Shown here piece by piece: positions 9,996 to 22,960 of a stretch of 64,000 bases of DNA (position 1 is its first letter; each line of letters opens with the position of its first letter). The DNA is from Hamiltosporidium tvaerminnensis FI-OER-3-3 (Eukaryota > Fungi > Microsporidia). The notes under the pieces were generated by a model. That model saw only the letters and a program-made list of their open reading frames with translations. It made no database searches and was not told the origin of the DNA. Position numbers and translations under genes: made by a program. The stretch is from assembly GCA_022605425.2 (NCBI GenBank), contig CM061247.1:434001-498000 (forward strand), given 5' to 3'.

Positions 9996-12900
9996 GAATA
10001 CTTTTACTTGTATCTTTGAATTTTTATAAAGAATTGAAAGCACAATTAAATTCTATTGAAATATAATTTCATGAAATGGCGTATAGAGCATTAAATTCTT
10101 GTTTTTTTGTGTTGATTAGTGTTTTAGGTGATTTGGTTTTCTCTAAATAAATCATAATATTATTGATAAATGTTATTCATGTGTAAACTTTTGTTTTAAT
10201 CTATTATTTTTAGCTGAGCGTATATAAACATATATCTTATGAGGCGAAATTTCGCGTTATAATAAATACAGTCATAACTCGCCTTTAGTGTTAAAGAAAT
10301 TCTATGAAACAGTCGATAAAGGAAAAACTTTTATAATTATCGTTCGACACCAAACAAACTTGCGAATATTATGTCAAAAACTTAAACTCAAGAATCTAAA
10401 AATCAGGAATTGCGAGACCCTGAGGTAAATATATTTGGTGTGTAAATCTATAATTTTCTAAAGGCTAATTCAAGCTCGAGCATCATCTGACTTAAAAGAA
10501 CGTATAAGAAGATCCGAGAAATAACGCATACAAGCTTGATATAATACAACTATAAATTTATCGAGAAACAATTTCTTACTAATAAAACTTAAGATAGGAA
10601 ACTGTACTTTTTAATCATACACTTACATTAAATAAAATATTAAAAAGATTTTCTAATTTTTTTTTGCAAGATAAGCTCAATCTATACACACTCTACTCTC
10701 ATTAAACCAAACTGGCCGAAATTCCATCTTGCCTGCAACATCGTTTTGGTCTTAGAAGATCAATTACACATTTTTTATAGCTTAATACACTTTATCGTTT
10801 TGATAGACCGGTGCTAAAAGTATAAAATTAGAATTTTTCGTCTTATGGCAAAACTCACTATAAATATCATAATAACATGCTCATTCCTTTTTTCCGAAGT
10901 CTGGCAGTTTGTCTCTCGTCTTCTAAGAGCCCTAAAAACCAAGTTCAATTTTTCATACATGCTGACTTAAATTCTCAAATGAAAATTTGGTTGCATATAA
11001 TGTACATATCAATTTTTTGATTGTGAGCTACCAGCTACCGCCTGAAGTTTTTATGTCAAAAATTTATAAAAATAATACAGCTAAAATTCATAGAAGAATA
11101 CTTAGAACAAGCGTAAGTAATATATATTTTAGTCTTGTTACATTTTCTCAAAGAAAAAAATAATCTTTTATCTTATTATTTTTCAACTAAAATTTCCTTT
11201 CTACAAAATACTCAATGAAATTCAAATTATAAGAACGAGAGATTACTATGTAAACAAAATAATAACAGGTTAATCTATGTATTTGAAAGTAAATTACTGT
11301 GAATTGCAAAAGATGACAACATTTGAAATTCAAAATTTAATAATAATTTCTAATAATTAAAGATTAAAGAATTATCTGTTGCAAAAAAACGTTATATTTG
11401 ATCACTTTTTTACGAAGACTGTCATCAAAAAGATTTAGAAATCTTTGAATTTATGCTAAAATATGAAAATTTAAATTCAATTCTTGCTTTCTAAAGAGAT
11501 TACTTTGTTTAAATCCAAAACATACGATTTAATCAAAAAAAAATCAAAAAGACATAATGCCTGCAAAAATAAATTGAATAAAAGATAAGCTATTATGACC
11601 AATATACATCGAAATCATATATTCTAAACACAATCCAAAGTATCTAACAGTTTAGGTTGACTTATATAAAACTGAAGTGTATAAGAAACACAAACCGTTA
11701 AAAGACTCAATTATATCTTTAAATAAATTTCAACTGAAAAATCTGGAAAAAAATTGGATAAATGTATTTGTAATAATAATTATGTTTAAAATATTAAAAA
11801 CCGATCTTCTAGAAATTTATTTTGATAGCAGTAGAATTTTTAGATCCAAATTTATGCTTAAACAGCTATTAATTTTTTTAAGTATTAAAAACAGATTTGA
11901 ATCAAGTCTGGGCCGGAAGTGTCTTCTGGAAACCTATAATAAGATTATGATATATAAAAAACAATTTTGATTTCGTTTTGCTGCCTTCAACTCTTAGATT
12001 TATATATAAAGATTTAAAAGTAAACAAATTTGTACCTCGACTTTTATAAAATATATAAACTGTTAAATATTTGACTTTTTTTTGCAAAAGTATAAAATAA
12101 AAATGATTTATTTATATTCTTACGTGAAGACTACTATTTCAATCTATGCTATAATTCAATAGCTACATGAATTTTTTTAAAACAAACACGTGAAGCATTA
12201 TCAAGTATGTTATGAGAATTATATTTGAAATAGCCTGATCTTAGTTTTTACAGAAAAAGCAATTTGAACATAGAAATCGGTGCATGGGATAAATATGAAA
12301 CAATTTGAACTAAAATAATGCAACCGATTTTTAAAAAACGTTCTTTTACATAAACATGTAAAATAAAAAATTCTGGTGCTTAATTTCTGCCTGCAGAAAA
12401 TACTAAACAAGTATTTTGGAATTGAAAAAATGATATAAAATGAGTTATTCTCTGAAACAACCGAGGTATTCAAAATAAAAATCTAAAAGGTGGAAACGAG
12501 AGAAATTTCTTTTCGATCTACATATAATTATTCTTCCATGTATTTTTAATTAAGCTACAGAGTTTTTAAAAATATAAAAAAATAGTCTTTTGAAATAGAA
12601 AAAAAAAGCATTTATTACACAATACCCGATTAAGGATGGGATTAGCTTCTGTTATTATGTAAATGGTTGTATTTCTTGGAAACTTAAAATTTGAGAATAA
12701 TCTATTAGTAGAACATCATTTTATATTTAAAAAATCATTTTAATTTTCATTCTTGTATGTCTTAAAAATATTATTATAATCAAACGCACAAAAAATACGT
12801 AATTGGATGTAATAATCTTTTTTTATTTGTAAGTAAAAAGAAATAAATTTTTTTTTTTGAAGATTTTTTGAATCATTAGACGGATTAATTTATTAAAAAT

Positions 12901-13450
12901 ACAAATCTATCAATAGCTAGTTAGTTAGGATATGTTGCAACTTAAGAGAAATATGGTTTGAATTATGGGCTTAAAACAAAACAATATTTTCATGATCAAT
13001 TATAATTCTAAACATTATACTTACAAATTGAATCAAACAGATAAATAAAGATAAAAAATGATGACAACCTTGTATATTTTAAAATAAAGAATTTAACAAA
13101 AATCTAGATTTTACTCTCTAAACATAACAGATTTTATTAGCGTTAAATGTATATTTCTTTCATAATTCTTCCAGAAAATACTATATTATACGAAAATAAA
13201 AATCCAAATAATTTTTAAATAAGGTCTTGGTAGATATAGTAAAATATTTTGAATTATGAATATAATAATTTAATAAATAATTTTGATTTTATATCGATAT
13301 TTGTTAAATATTTTGTACAAATAATCCTATCAGTACTGTGTTTACCAATTCAACCTTGTTTTTATTTAATTAGATTTAAATAAAATATATAATATACGCT
13401 TTGTGTAAAAGAAATGTTTCCTACTAAAATCTAATAAAAACAAAATTTTA

Positions 13451-15847
13451 TTATATATTGCTAAAAAGCGTTTCTCTTGCAAAAATATCCTGTCCAAAAA
13501 AACATCTTTTTTTTAGTGCATAGATATGAATTTTGACAAGATTCATTCCAAATAAAAGATCAAGTTTTCTTATATTTCTTATATCTTCAGAGGAAATGCC
13601 TAACTCCAACATCTTTAGTTTTTTGAAACATAAAATAGAAATCAGTTCGGTCTGTTGATAGGTATCAGTAAGAATAACAAATTTTACGATAGTATTTTTA
13701 ATATTTGTTTGTAGTATTTTTTCTAAAAATTTTAAATTTAAATGATTTTTATGAATATTCAGTTCTAAATTTTTAAGTGCCTTAAAATTTGAAAATATAT
13801 CAATATCTTCCTTAAATAAACATGCTGTGCTGTACATGAGTCCAACAATGTTCTCTAAATCAAAGCAATTTGAAAAAATGTTTAGAATGCTAAATGGGGC
13901 TGTATGTATACTATCAAAATCATTTTCATATTTTAACAATTCCAATTTTGGTAAATTTAAAAAGTCCTTAGGCCTTACAACTTTTAAATTTGATATTTTA
14001 TCATAAATTGAATAGATTCTATCATTATTTTCTTGTATGGAATATAGTGTGAAGAAAAAATGTTTCAATCTTCTGAATTTACCTAAAAAAGTAAATAAAT
14101 GAACACTCAAACAAGTATTTGGATCATAAAACTTCATTTGAATTATAGATTCGTTAAAATTTTTGAAATTTTTATTTCTATTGGTAACTCTAAAACCTTC
14201 AAAAACAACAGAAACCAAACACTTAGATCTAATAATTATCTTAAAAAGCTTATTTGTCAATTTAATATTTTTTAAAGTCAACTTAGTTAAAAATTGAAAT
14301 AATTCTAAAAATTTGTAACTTTTCAAGCGGTTACCTTTTACATTTTCTAAATCCATTTTTAGACGTTTAATTAGCTTAAAATTTACTATTTTTTCAAAAT
14401 AAATTCTATCGAAAGATCCATGATGTAAACTTAAATCAATACCAGTTAAATAATTTTTAAAATTATATGTCGAAAATATATTTAAAAAATTTCTAGAATC
14501 GCATATTAACATCTCCTCTGATAAATCTATTGATAAATTATTATTTTGTCCTGATAATGAAAAAGCCGGAACTATTCTTTGCACGCAAATTAAAGTACTA
14601 ATATTGATTTTTATGGTTTTTATTGATTTCAATTCTATTGATCTTTCTATATTCAATATTTCATCAAGATTAATATCTAAGAATTCCAATACAAGTTTTT
14701 GTGCATTTTCAAAATAATGTATTCGTTTTATAAAATCTTTAGAACAGACCATGACTATTATTTTAACTTTTTTGGCTAAATGAAGAAATCCTCTTTCATA
14801 TATTTTATCCAACAATGATATTTCTTTTTCTAGAAATTCAATAACAATATTTTTAAAATTGTATGGTATCGAAGAAATAAAATGTCTACTATATATATCA
14901 CTTTCAGATGAGTACAAATCCAAGTATAATTTATCAATGAAAAATATTTTAATCATGATTTTCCATACAGATGAAAACCCTTTATTAAATATATATTTGG
15001 ATGAATAAAGATGCTTGTAGTCCATAAATAATGTATTTCTACTCATTTTGTATTCTTTATGTCGAAATATCGATGATGAAAATTCAAATGACTCATAATC
15101 ATGGAATATTTTAAATATCAAAGAGGTTTTAAATAAATAAAATACAAAAATACATTCAATAATATCTAGAATGTGTAAATTATTGTAAGAGTTAGGATTT
15201 AAGATTAATTCAGATGCTTCTTTGTCAAAACCTAAGTTACAAATTATAGAATAGTAAACTAAGGTTTTACTAAACTGTTTATAACTTTTATTTCTCACAA
15301 TATTAAATATATTTAGATACTTAAGAATCTCAAAAAAATATTTGGATTTCATTTTCAGGATAGAAAAATCTTCTATTTTAGACAGTTTTAAGAAATATGA
15401 AAATACAGGAATATCAACATTATTCATATAAATTGTGACTTCTTCTTGATTATTGAGGATTAATTCATCAAAAAATTCAAACGAAAGTAATATATCCTTA
15501 GGATATGAAATAGAAAACCCCTTGTTTGAATTTTTGGGTGTTAAAGGTATCAGAAAATATGCGGGATTATAATTCTTTACCAGAGAACATGTTTTCATAT
15601 CTAAAAAATATTTGTTACCAGTGTAAAAGAAAGGATTATTATCCTTAATTTCTTTAATATCCAGAATCTTTACATTTAGTCCGAATATATGATTTCTTAG
15701 TAATAGTATAAATGACATTCGATTTATGCCTATAAGATGATAAAACCATTCAAATAATCTGTAAATATGCGAAAAACAACAAATCGAGCCTAACGAGTTA
15801 ATTATACCGGTTTTTATATTAATCTGGTTAATTATATTGGTATTCAT
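13451..15847 (-). CDS. Large divergent leucine-rich-repeat protein with a possible N-terminal BTB-like region
   Basis: 798-aa ORF with LxxLxLxN-type repeats (FLTKLTLKNIKL, FKALKNLELNI, KKLKMLELGI) and CCC just upstream of the ATG. Confidence 0.7.
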   Translation of the reverse strand: MNTNIINQINIKTGIINSLGSICCFSHIYRLFEWFYHLIGINRMSFILLLRNHIFGLNVKILDIKEIKDNNPFFYTGNKYFLDMKTCSLVKNYNPAYFLIPLTPKNSNKGFSISYPKDILLSFEFFDELILNNQEEVTIYMNNVDIPVFSYFLKLSKIEDFSILKMKSKYFFEILKYLNIFNIVRNKSYKQFSKTLVYYSIICNLGFDKEASELILNPNSYNNLHILDIIECIFVFYLFKTSLIFKIFHDYESFEFSSSIFRHKEYKMSRNTLFMDYKHLYSSKYIFNKGFSSVWKIMIKIFFIDKLYLDLYSSESDIYSRHFISSIPYNFKNIVIEFLEKEISLLDKIYERGFLHLAKKVKIIVMVCSKDFIKRIHYFENAQKLVLEFLDINLDEILNIERSIELKSIKTIKINISTLICVQRIVPAFSLSGQNNNLSIDLSEEMLICDSRNFLNIFSTYNFKNYLTGIDLSLHHGSFDRIYFEKIVNFKLIKRLKMDLENVKGNRLKSYKFLELFQFLTKLTLKNIKLTNKLFKIIIRSKCLVSVVFEGFRVTNRNKNFKNFNESIIQMKFYDPNTCLSVHLFTFLGKFRRLKHFFFTLYSIQENNDRIYSIYDKISNLKVVRPKDFLNLPKLELLKYENDFDSIHTAPFSILNIFSNCFDLENIVGLMYSTACLFKEDIDIFSNFKALKNLELNIHKNHLNLKFLEKILQTNIKNTIVKFVILTDTYQQTELISILCFKKLKMLELGISSEDIRNIRKLDLLFGMNLVKIHIYALKKRCFFGQDIFARETLFSNI

Positions 15848-17619
15848 TTTTTAAGGGTTAAAAAACAAATTAAAAGATATATTATTTCCTTAATTTATTA
15901 ATTAAGTAATTAGATACTGGGGTGTATAAAGTACTAGATCTAAAAAATACTTTGTTAAAAAATTTAAGAAATATTGGTAAGTTTAAAAAGCCATCTTTGT
16001 AAATGATAGAAAGACTGCTAAATTGATGTGAAAAAACTTATATTCTATGATCAAGAGCAGCTCTTTTTTATATCAGAGTAAAAATGAATTTTACTATTTT
16101 TTGGAGAGTAGTTATAGTATCTATATGTAATACCTAGACTTTATGCAACGATTATTTTAATATCTGAGCAATTTGTGAAATTTTTTATTAATAGTTTAAA
16201 CATGCAAAATAGGAGAATTTATTCAAAACGAAGATAATAAAAAATGTAACTTAACAAAAAAACATTGAAATTTGTACATAAAATTCAAATTAGGAGTTTT
16301 TTTTATTAAAGCAGCTTTTTTTTAGTAGAATCTCGTAACATAGCTTTTTTTATATTACAGCATTTGTATTTGTAAAGAGTGTATGCAAGCTTGCAGCCAA
16401 GTGGATTATAACATGTCCCGAGGCGGTCTCATATGAAAAATTTGCACATCTTATCGGGAAAAGTTGAACCGAAAAAATTCAATAGAAGAAATAAACTTTT
16501 TATTACCTGATTTAAATCTATCCTTCTAAAAATTGATTTAGATTTATAGGAAAATAGCCTATAATTATAAGTTAAAGCAGTTTTAAAGAAACAAATTGGA
16601 AACATGCATTTGGTCATTCTCGACACCGAAAGATAAAAAAGGACTGGAATATATGAGTAAGTATAAAGTTGATTTAAAATTACATACTTTGTGCTTATTC
16701 AAAAAAAAATAAATCCTGGTAAAGAAATTGCATTAGTTTCTGCATATTTGCGATTTCTGGCAAAATCCGGGGCGCGAAATCTTACTTTGTCCCATTTTTT
16801 TAGATACAAGATATCTTGAAGTGAATATTTTAATAAATTTTCTAGCTTTTTTGTTAGATAGCCTGCTATAATCTCCCCAACTTGCAACATGGCTGATTTT
16901 TTCTTCCTAAAGCAAAATCCTCATAATCATCATTCGCATGTTTCAAGGATCAGAGACTTAAATATTATGTGGTCCATGACATTTGATTATTTTCGTTATT
17001 ATGCGAATCAAAAATTGGTCTAGATATCGAGGTGTAATACGGAAAACTCTATCAAATAAAGATACTTCCTCTCGTTACGTTGAGGTATTTTTATTTTGCT
17101 GTGTTCATTTGCAGCACAACTTCTTTTACAGATTGCAAATCGCTTTTATCATTAAAAATTTCTTTTAAGTCTTCTTCAAAGTTAAATTAGGCAAACCGTC
17201 TGTAATTCGATAACTTTTCGGAAATCTTTAACTTTTATAAAATGGCTTCATATGAAGTACTTTTTATAATAGGCTGATAGCATTTTTTTCATAATTTAAA
17301 CAAAAAATAAGCCTTCTGCTTTTTTCTGCTGTTATAGTCTCGTAAGACGAAAAATGCATAGCATAACATCTTGATTCGCCTGTTTTACCGAACCCTAACC
17401 TTGTAGTTTACAGGATTTTAATGTATTTTTTTTCACTTCACTTAAATGTTACATGGTTTTTTAAAAGTATTATTGGTAAATTCTCTGCCTTACTACACCG
17501 AAAAATAGCAGGCGAATCAAACTATGAAAAAGTATTCATAAATACATAAACTAATGTTGTTTCCTTTAAGCCATTTTAAGTTTCGAATTTAATATATTTA
17601 GAAAAAAGTATCTTGGCAT

Positions 17620-18305
17620 ATTTATTTAATAAAATTCTGGGTTAAAATATTTTTAACATTTTTTATATGTTTTCTTCTACCTCTTTAACCACTTTCGTCT
17701 CTTCTTCTAAATCCGACTCTTCATTTATGTTATTGGTCGGTTCCTCCAGAGTGGTTCCTCCTTGTGAAATAAGGGGTGTATTATTTTTTGGTTTTAAAAT
17801 TTTAACACCATCTTCCTCTCTTTTCGCTTCTTTTAAAGGGGGTATTGGTTCCTCATGCATCTCTGATCTCATAATAACACCCATTGACGCTCTCTCCCAG
17901 CTCTCTTCGGCATTTAGTCCTGACTCAAGTCCTCTTCGTCGATCAAAGGAAATTGTTTCGACTGTTTTCTTAAGTACTATATACTGAATGTATGCCTCTA
18001 CATTCATGGGTATTTCTAGTCTTTTAAGATGAGATTTATGGTATTTTGTCACAATACCGTCCCAGGTCATCACATAAGGGATTATCTCAACACTACACTT
18101 ATAAATAAGGCCCAACTCATTGGCTAGCAGGTCAAACTTCCTAAGTTTTTCAGTTTCAACTATTTGAAGTGAATCTTGGGAAGTGATTCCTACTTCAATG
18201 AGTGTTATCTTATTCTTTTTCTTATCTAAAATAAATATGTCGGGTCTGTTATTCCGAATTTTAACATCAGTTTTTATTCTGGTGTTCACTCTTAGCTCCA
18301 ATTAC
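17620..18305 (-). mobile_element. 3' fragment of an RLE-type non-LTR retrotransposon (R4/Dong-like), endonuclease domain
   Basis: RPDIFILD..IEVGIT..EKLRKF..IIPYVMTWDG motifs. Near-identical to the 3' part of 39484-40887, including the 3' UTR (aacccagaattttattaaataaa on the minus strand). Confidence 0.9.
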
Positions 18306-18308
18306 TTT

Positions 18309-20439
18309 TTTCACGGGCCAATAAACCCCCCCATGTCCAAGAGAACTTCCGTTATTTCCTATATATCCCCCTTTTATTTTCTAATGATTTATAGAACCCC
18401 GGTTATTTTCATATATTTTACCTAAGGGCCATATATTTGGAAAAAAGGAAGTGATTTTTTTCTATAAATTTAATTGGGGTCTCATAAAAAGGCTATATAG
18501 TTATAAGTTGAATTTTCTGCTAAAAAAAATTTAAAATTTTGAAAAAAAAATAAAAACTTTAATGATAATACTTAAATAATATAAAATGCCTATAATAATT
18601 GCAAAGTAAACTAAATTAAACTCGTTTTGTTACGCCACTAAAAACTGTTCTTGTGTCACCATCATTGTTTTTTACTTCAATCATGTTGTTCATCAAAATA
18701 GCGGTAACTGTAAAAACCGAATTATCGTAAAAAGAGTCAAAAGGCGCTCTTTTGGTTTTAGTATTCATATCGAAGTCTTCTTTATCAAAATTAATCTTCA
18801 AAAGTCAAATTTCTCATGAGTATATTTGAATTGTTGCTTTCTATAATTCTTTCTCTATGGTTTTAAAAATTCTTAGCCACATCCGAAAGAACCCTACTAT
18901 CGCTTCCGAGATCATCAGCTATTATAGTGGTTATGGTGGTTAGCGTTTCAATAAATTCTTCATGTACATCCGAGGCAATTTCTAGGATCCATTGTGTATC
19001 CGCTGCATTTTCTTCGACTAAACTAAATCAAGATCCATATAAATAGCAGGCACCATCGTACTGGCTTCGTTTTCAACTATTATCTTTCCAGAAAGTTGAT
19101 TGTAAAACCCGGTTGTCCGAAAAAAAGCATAAATTTAGATTTGTTTGTTGAACTATGTACTGTTATGCTATAGGCATAAATAACATTATTAAGATGTTCA
19201 ATCCAGCTTCTTTCACCTGTTTCGTGAATTTCTTTGCTAGCCATTTTTTTATGCTTTGATTTATACGTTTCACTTGACCTTGCGTCTTTGGATTGTGTGG
19301 TCTTCTATGTACAATTTTTATCTTAAGACCAATTAAAACTTCTTCGAGTGGAGCATTTTTAAATTCTTGGCCTTTGTCGGACTGTATTGCAACCGGAACA
19401 CCAAAGTTGTCAAATAAAAAATTTAATGAATCCTTTATGAATTTGAAGTTTTATAGATTATCTTAAATTACCAGAGATATTTCTTGTATGTGTCGATTAA
19501 ATTAAGAATAATGCTATATTTATCATTTTGATCACTGTATCTCCTGAGATCTACACAATCCATCATAAAAAAATCATATTTTTTGGTAATATGATTTATT
19601 TATATTAGCTGAATTGTTTTTAGAGAATTAAATCGACTACATGGTTCACAGTCTTTAAAATACTCTTATATGTATGCTTTGGGAATCGCATAGTATTTTT
19701 TTACAATCAAATCCATCATTTTGTTTACTCTGATGTATGCAAAAGCATGCTCTATTCGAATAATTTGTTTAATCAAGGTAGTTTCAAATCCAAACACGGC
19801 TTTTATTAGATGATCGCATCTTTAAAACAAATATCATCTCCTAGCAAAGTAAAATGCTTTATTTGCCTCAAAAATCATTTTCCTTGTTTATAATACTCAG
19901 CTAGATACTCACCAATTTTTTAACATTTTGTAAGAATTTCTTTTTCTGGCCTATTTTACAACTTAAAATCTTTGGCATTTTCTTTACATTATATTTCTAT
20001 ATATATAGAATGAATACTTAGAAAATAAAAAATTATATGAAAGCATTAAATGAATTTATTTATATACAAAGTTATTGTTTATTATTGTCTGTTTCAAATT
20101 TCACAACGAAATTTTGCTTTATAAATACTGTCAAATGCAAATAAGTGAAAAAAGCAAAAAAGGAACTGAAAAGAAAGATATAAATTTTATTTGATATTTT
20201 ATCCATAATTAACACATCCTATTGTTTATACAAAATAAATGTTAAGAAAGGATGGATAAGAAATGTTGAAAAGGAAACTAAAATAAGAAGATGTATAGGA
20301 ATAAGGAAAATAAATAGGTTATAAAGGTATAGAAATTAAAGGGCTATTTTAAAAAATAAAGGAAGTTATGGACATCAAAAATATTGTGGAAATAACGGGG
20401 GTTCTATTGGGCATGGAGGGGGTTTATTGGCCCGTGACA
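18309..20439 (-). mobile_element. TIR-bounded Ginger/KRBA2-type integrase DNA transposon, degenerate
   Basis: Inverted termini of about 50 bp: tcacgggccaataaacccc.ccatg.ccaa.agaac..ccgttattt at 18309 and its reverse complement ending ...cccgtgaca at 20439. The internal minus strand gives AIQSDKGQEFKN and IVHRRPHNPKTQGQVKRINQSIKKWLAK (rve integrase core). Confidence 0.85.
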
Positions 20440-20724
20440 TTAAATAAATAAAATTAACGAGTAGAAACCTTGTTAAATATTTTTTGTTTACCTTTTTATA
20501 ATTCCATTTTAAGAAATATCTAAATTTTTTCAACGTTCGAATTCATATTTTAGTCTTAGTCATACTAGTTTAGAAAAATTTAATATTAAATAAATTAAAA
20601 ACAGTTTATGAAATCACATAATTTAATAAAGGATTTTAATAATTCATCTTTTGATGATTTTACTATATAGTGCGATCTTTTCAATTCTTAATTTGTCTTT
20701 TTGAAAAAAATTGTTGTGGTTTCT

Positions 20725-21530
20725 AACATTTAGTCTAAAAACGATACTTGTGTGCTGTTATTTTATTTTTTTATGATTATGATAAGTATATAGTGCTTTA
20801 TTTGAAACTATCACATCTTTTTAAAACAATGACAAGTGTTATATTTGTATTAATGACATTAATGCAATTCTAGGCTATACATATATAACTGCTACCCCAA
20901 CACTCCATCAGAATCCCTGCGATACCTACGTCCCAAAGCCTTTCATCGACCAGGTATCTAGAACTTAATGAATAGGCGAGGAAGTTGCCCGGAGCTCGTT
21001 AATGTTCGTTGCATGGAATGTGATCGAAGGCCGAAACCCACTCTGAGCTCCCGTCGGACTATTCCGCATTCCCACCTAATCTACACTTTCTGAACCCAGT
21101 AAACTTCTAGCCTAGATATATTTCCGAGACTTACATGGAGTCCACCTAGACAGTGCAATGTCATACCAAAAGGTTAACCTGCTACTTAGCTCTCCTGGTT
21201 TTAATGGTTTGTATTTTTATATCTTCCAGGCGCTAAGTCTTCAAGCCGAGTGAGCAAGGCTAGGTTTCTATGCTATTAAATGGCACTTATCTACATGGTC
21301 AGCCGCGGTCTGCAATCTAATTACATAATAAACTACAAATAAATTTGTAGAAAAAGTTCTGCCTTTTCGTAGACTTCTCCTCCTCATACAAACTCCCATG
21401 GAACAAACGAAGATGTAGTGTGGTTTTATTCCCACCAAAAATCCAAACAATAATCTTCAGAGCAGTTTACCACATTCATGGCTAAGCACAAAGTTTTTTA
21501 TGTGGTTATCCTTCCTCCACTAATGTTTAT
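20725..21530 (-). repeat. Full-length copy A of the unassigned ~750-bp dispersed non-coding element
   Basis: Reverse complement of 30050-30795 along its length, e.g. ccacctagacagtgcaatgtcatacca and gcggtctgcaatcta. GC-richer than the flanks, with no conserved ORF. Confidence 0.9.
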
Positions 21531-21757
21531 GATAATAAAATATATTTAAACGCGTTTTCTTCATTTCTAATGAAAAAAATAGTTGAAAATTCAATGTTTA
21601 CTAAAAAAAATTCATATAAAATTGTCATTCTGATAATCAAATACTTTGGAATGTTTTAAAGATTTTAAAAGTAAAATTTATTATAAATTTATATAAAAAA
21701 CCGAACTAAAAAAATAAATAAACTATTTAATTTTCATTCGGCCACTAATCTATATTA

Positions 21758-22960
21758 TTATACCTTTTCATATACAAAAAGTATACGTGAATACGAATTC
21801 AACAATTGTTTACATCTCGTAATCAATTTAAACCGATTAAAACATTCTTCTGTGTATTTTTCTACCCATTCTGGTACCCAAAGAGCTGTTCTTTTACCAC
21901 TTTGGAGTTGTAAAGATATTTCTTTAATCTGATCTATAAAACCAAAAGTCTCTGAATTTTCCGTTTTCAAATCACGATTTACATTTGATTTCGTATTCTT
22001 ATAAGAATTTTTAGCATTTGCTCTAATACCATAAGGAATATCGGCAACAACACAATCAAAATTATTAAGTCGTACAGAATATATGTCTGCTATAAATACG
22101 CCTAAGAAATATTGCTGTAAATTAAATTGTTTAAAATTTGAAAATACATTATAAGGTTTCAAAAGTGTGCGAACATTATTTTTTAAAGTATTTGTTCCTA
22201 CCATTTCACAATAACTTATATCACTTCCAAAGACAGTTGCTTTAAAAAGCGTAGCAGAAAATAGAATGCCACAACTACCACAACACGGATCATAAACCAA
22301 AGATTTAGAATTTATATGACACAGGTTAGCTGTTACTATACTCAATTCATTATCCATGGTTGTATGGCCAATGAAAAGTCTATTTGGTATATTATATTTC
22401 AAAAAGTGTTTTCGTTTTGAATCTTTATATTTTATTGACAAATAAAAAATATTCTTTGTAAGATGTAATTCAAGTATCAAGTTTGGTTTATCTAAATCAA
22501 TTTTTCTTGGATTTAGAAAACAAACCAATTTTTCTATGAAAGAATTTTTTTGTTCTTTTTTCAAAGAAAATTTATAACTTTTTATAGAAATTCTGGCGGT
22601 TTCTAGTGAAGTATTTAGGTTGGTTTTTTTATTATTTAATTCAAATATTTCTGTAAAATTACTAGTTTTCAAAATGGCGGGTTCATTTAAATTATCAAAA
22701 TTTTCATTTTTATCTAAAAATAGAGATACAGACTTTATTAATATACATCTCTCACATACGAAATCAATAGCTTTTATTGTAGTTTCTACTACAGAAAAGG
22801 GTGAATTACTGTTGCACAAATCTATTAATTTATATGGTTCGCTGGACATAGAAAGTATCTGTAAAAGTTCATTGAAAGAAAATTCTATGTGTTCATAGAG
22901 ATGCACAATAAGAAATTTTTTTATCATAAGGATTGTATCTTTATATTTTAATTTAGTCAT
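21758..22960 (-). CDS. TRM11: tRNA (guanine-N2)-methyltransferase Trm11 (m2G10)
   Basis: R.FIG.TTMDNELS..TANL, SAM motif VYDPCCGSCGIL, VFGSDI and ADIPYGIRA. Confidence 0.88.
   Translation of the reverse strand: MTKLKYKDTILMIKKFLIVHLYEHIEFSFNELLQILSMSSEPYKLIDLCNSNSPFSVVETTIKAIDFVCERCILIKSVSLFLDKNENFDNLNEPAILKTSNFTEIFELNNKKTNLNTSLETARISIKSYKFSLKKEQKNSFIEKLVCFLNPRKIDLDKPNLILELHLTKNIFYLSIKYKDSKRKHFLKYNIPNRLFIGHTTMDNELSIVTANLCHINSKSLVYDPCCGSCGILFSATLFKATVFGSDISYCEMVGTNTLKNNVRTLLKPYNVFSNFKQFNLQQYFLGVFIADIYSVRLNNFDCVVADIPYGIRANAKNSYKNTKSNVNRDLKTENSETFGFIDQIKEISLQLQSGKRTALWVPEWVEKYTEECFNRFKLITRCKQLLNSYSRILFVYEKV

Noticed and set aside
11113-11132. GTAAGT...TTTTAG 20-nt mini-intron-like string
   Set aside because: No credible gene around it, and such strings are expected by chance in AT-rich DNA.
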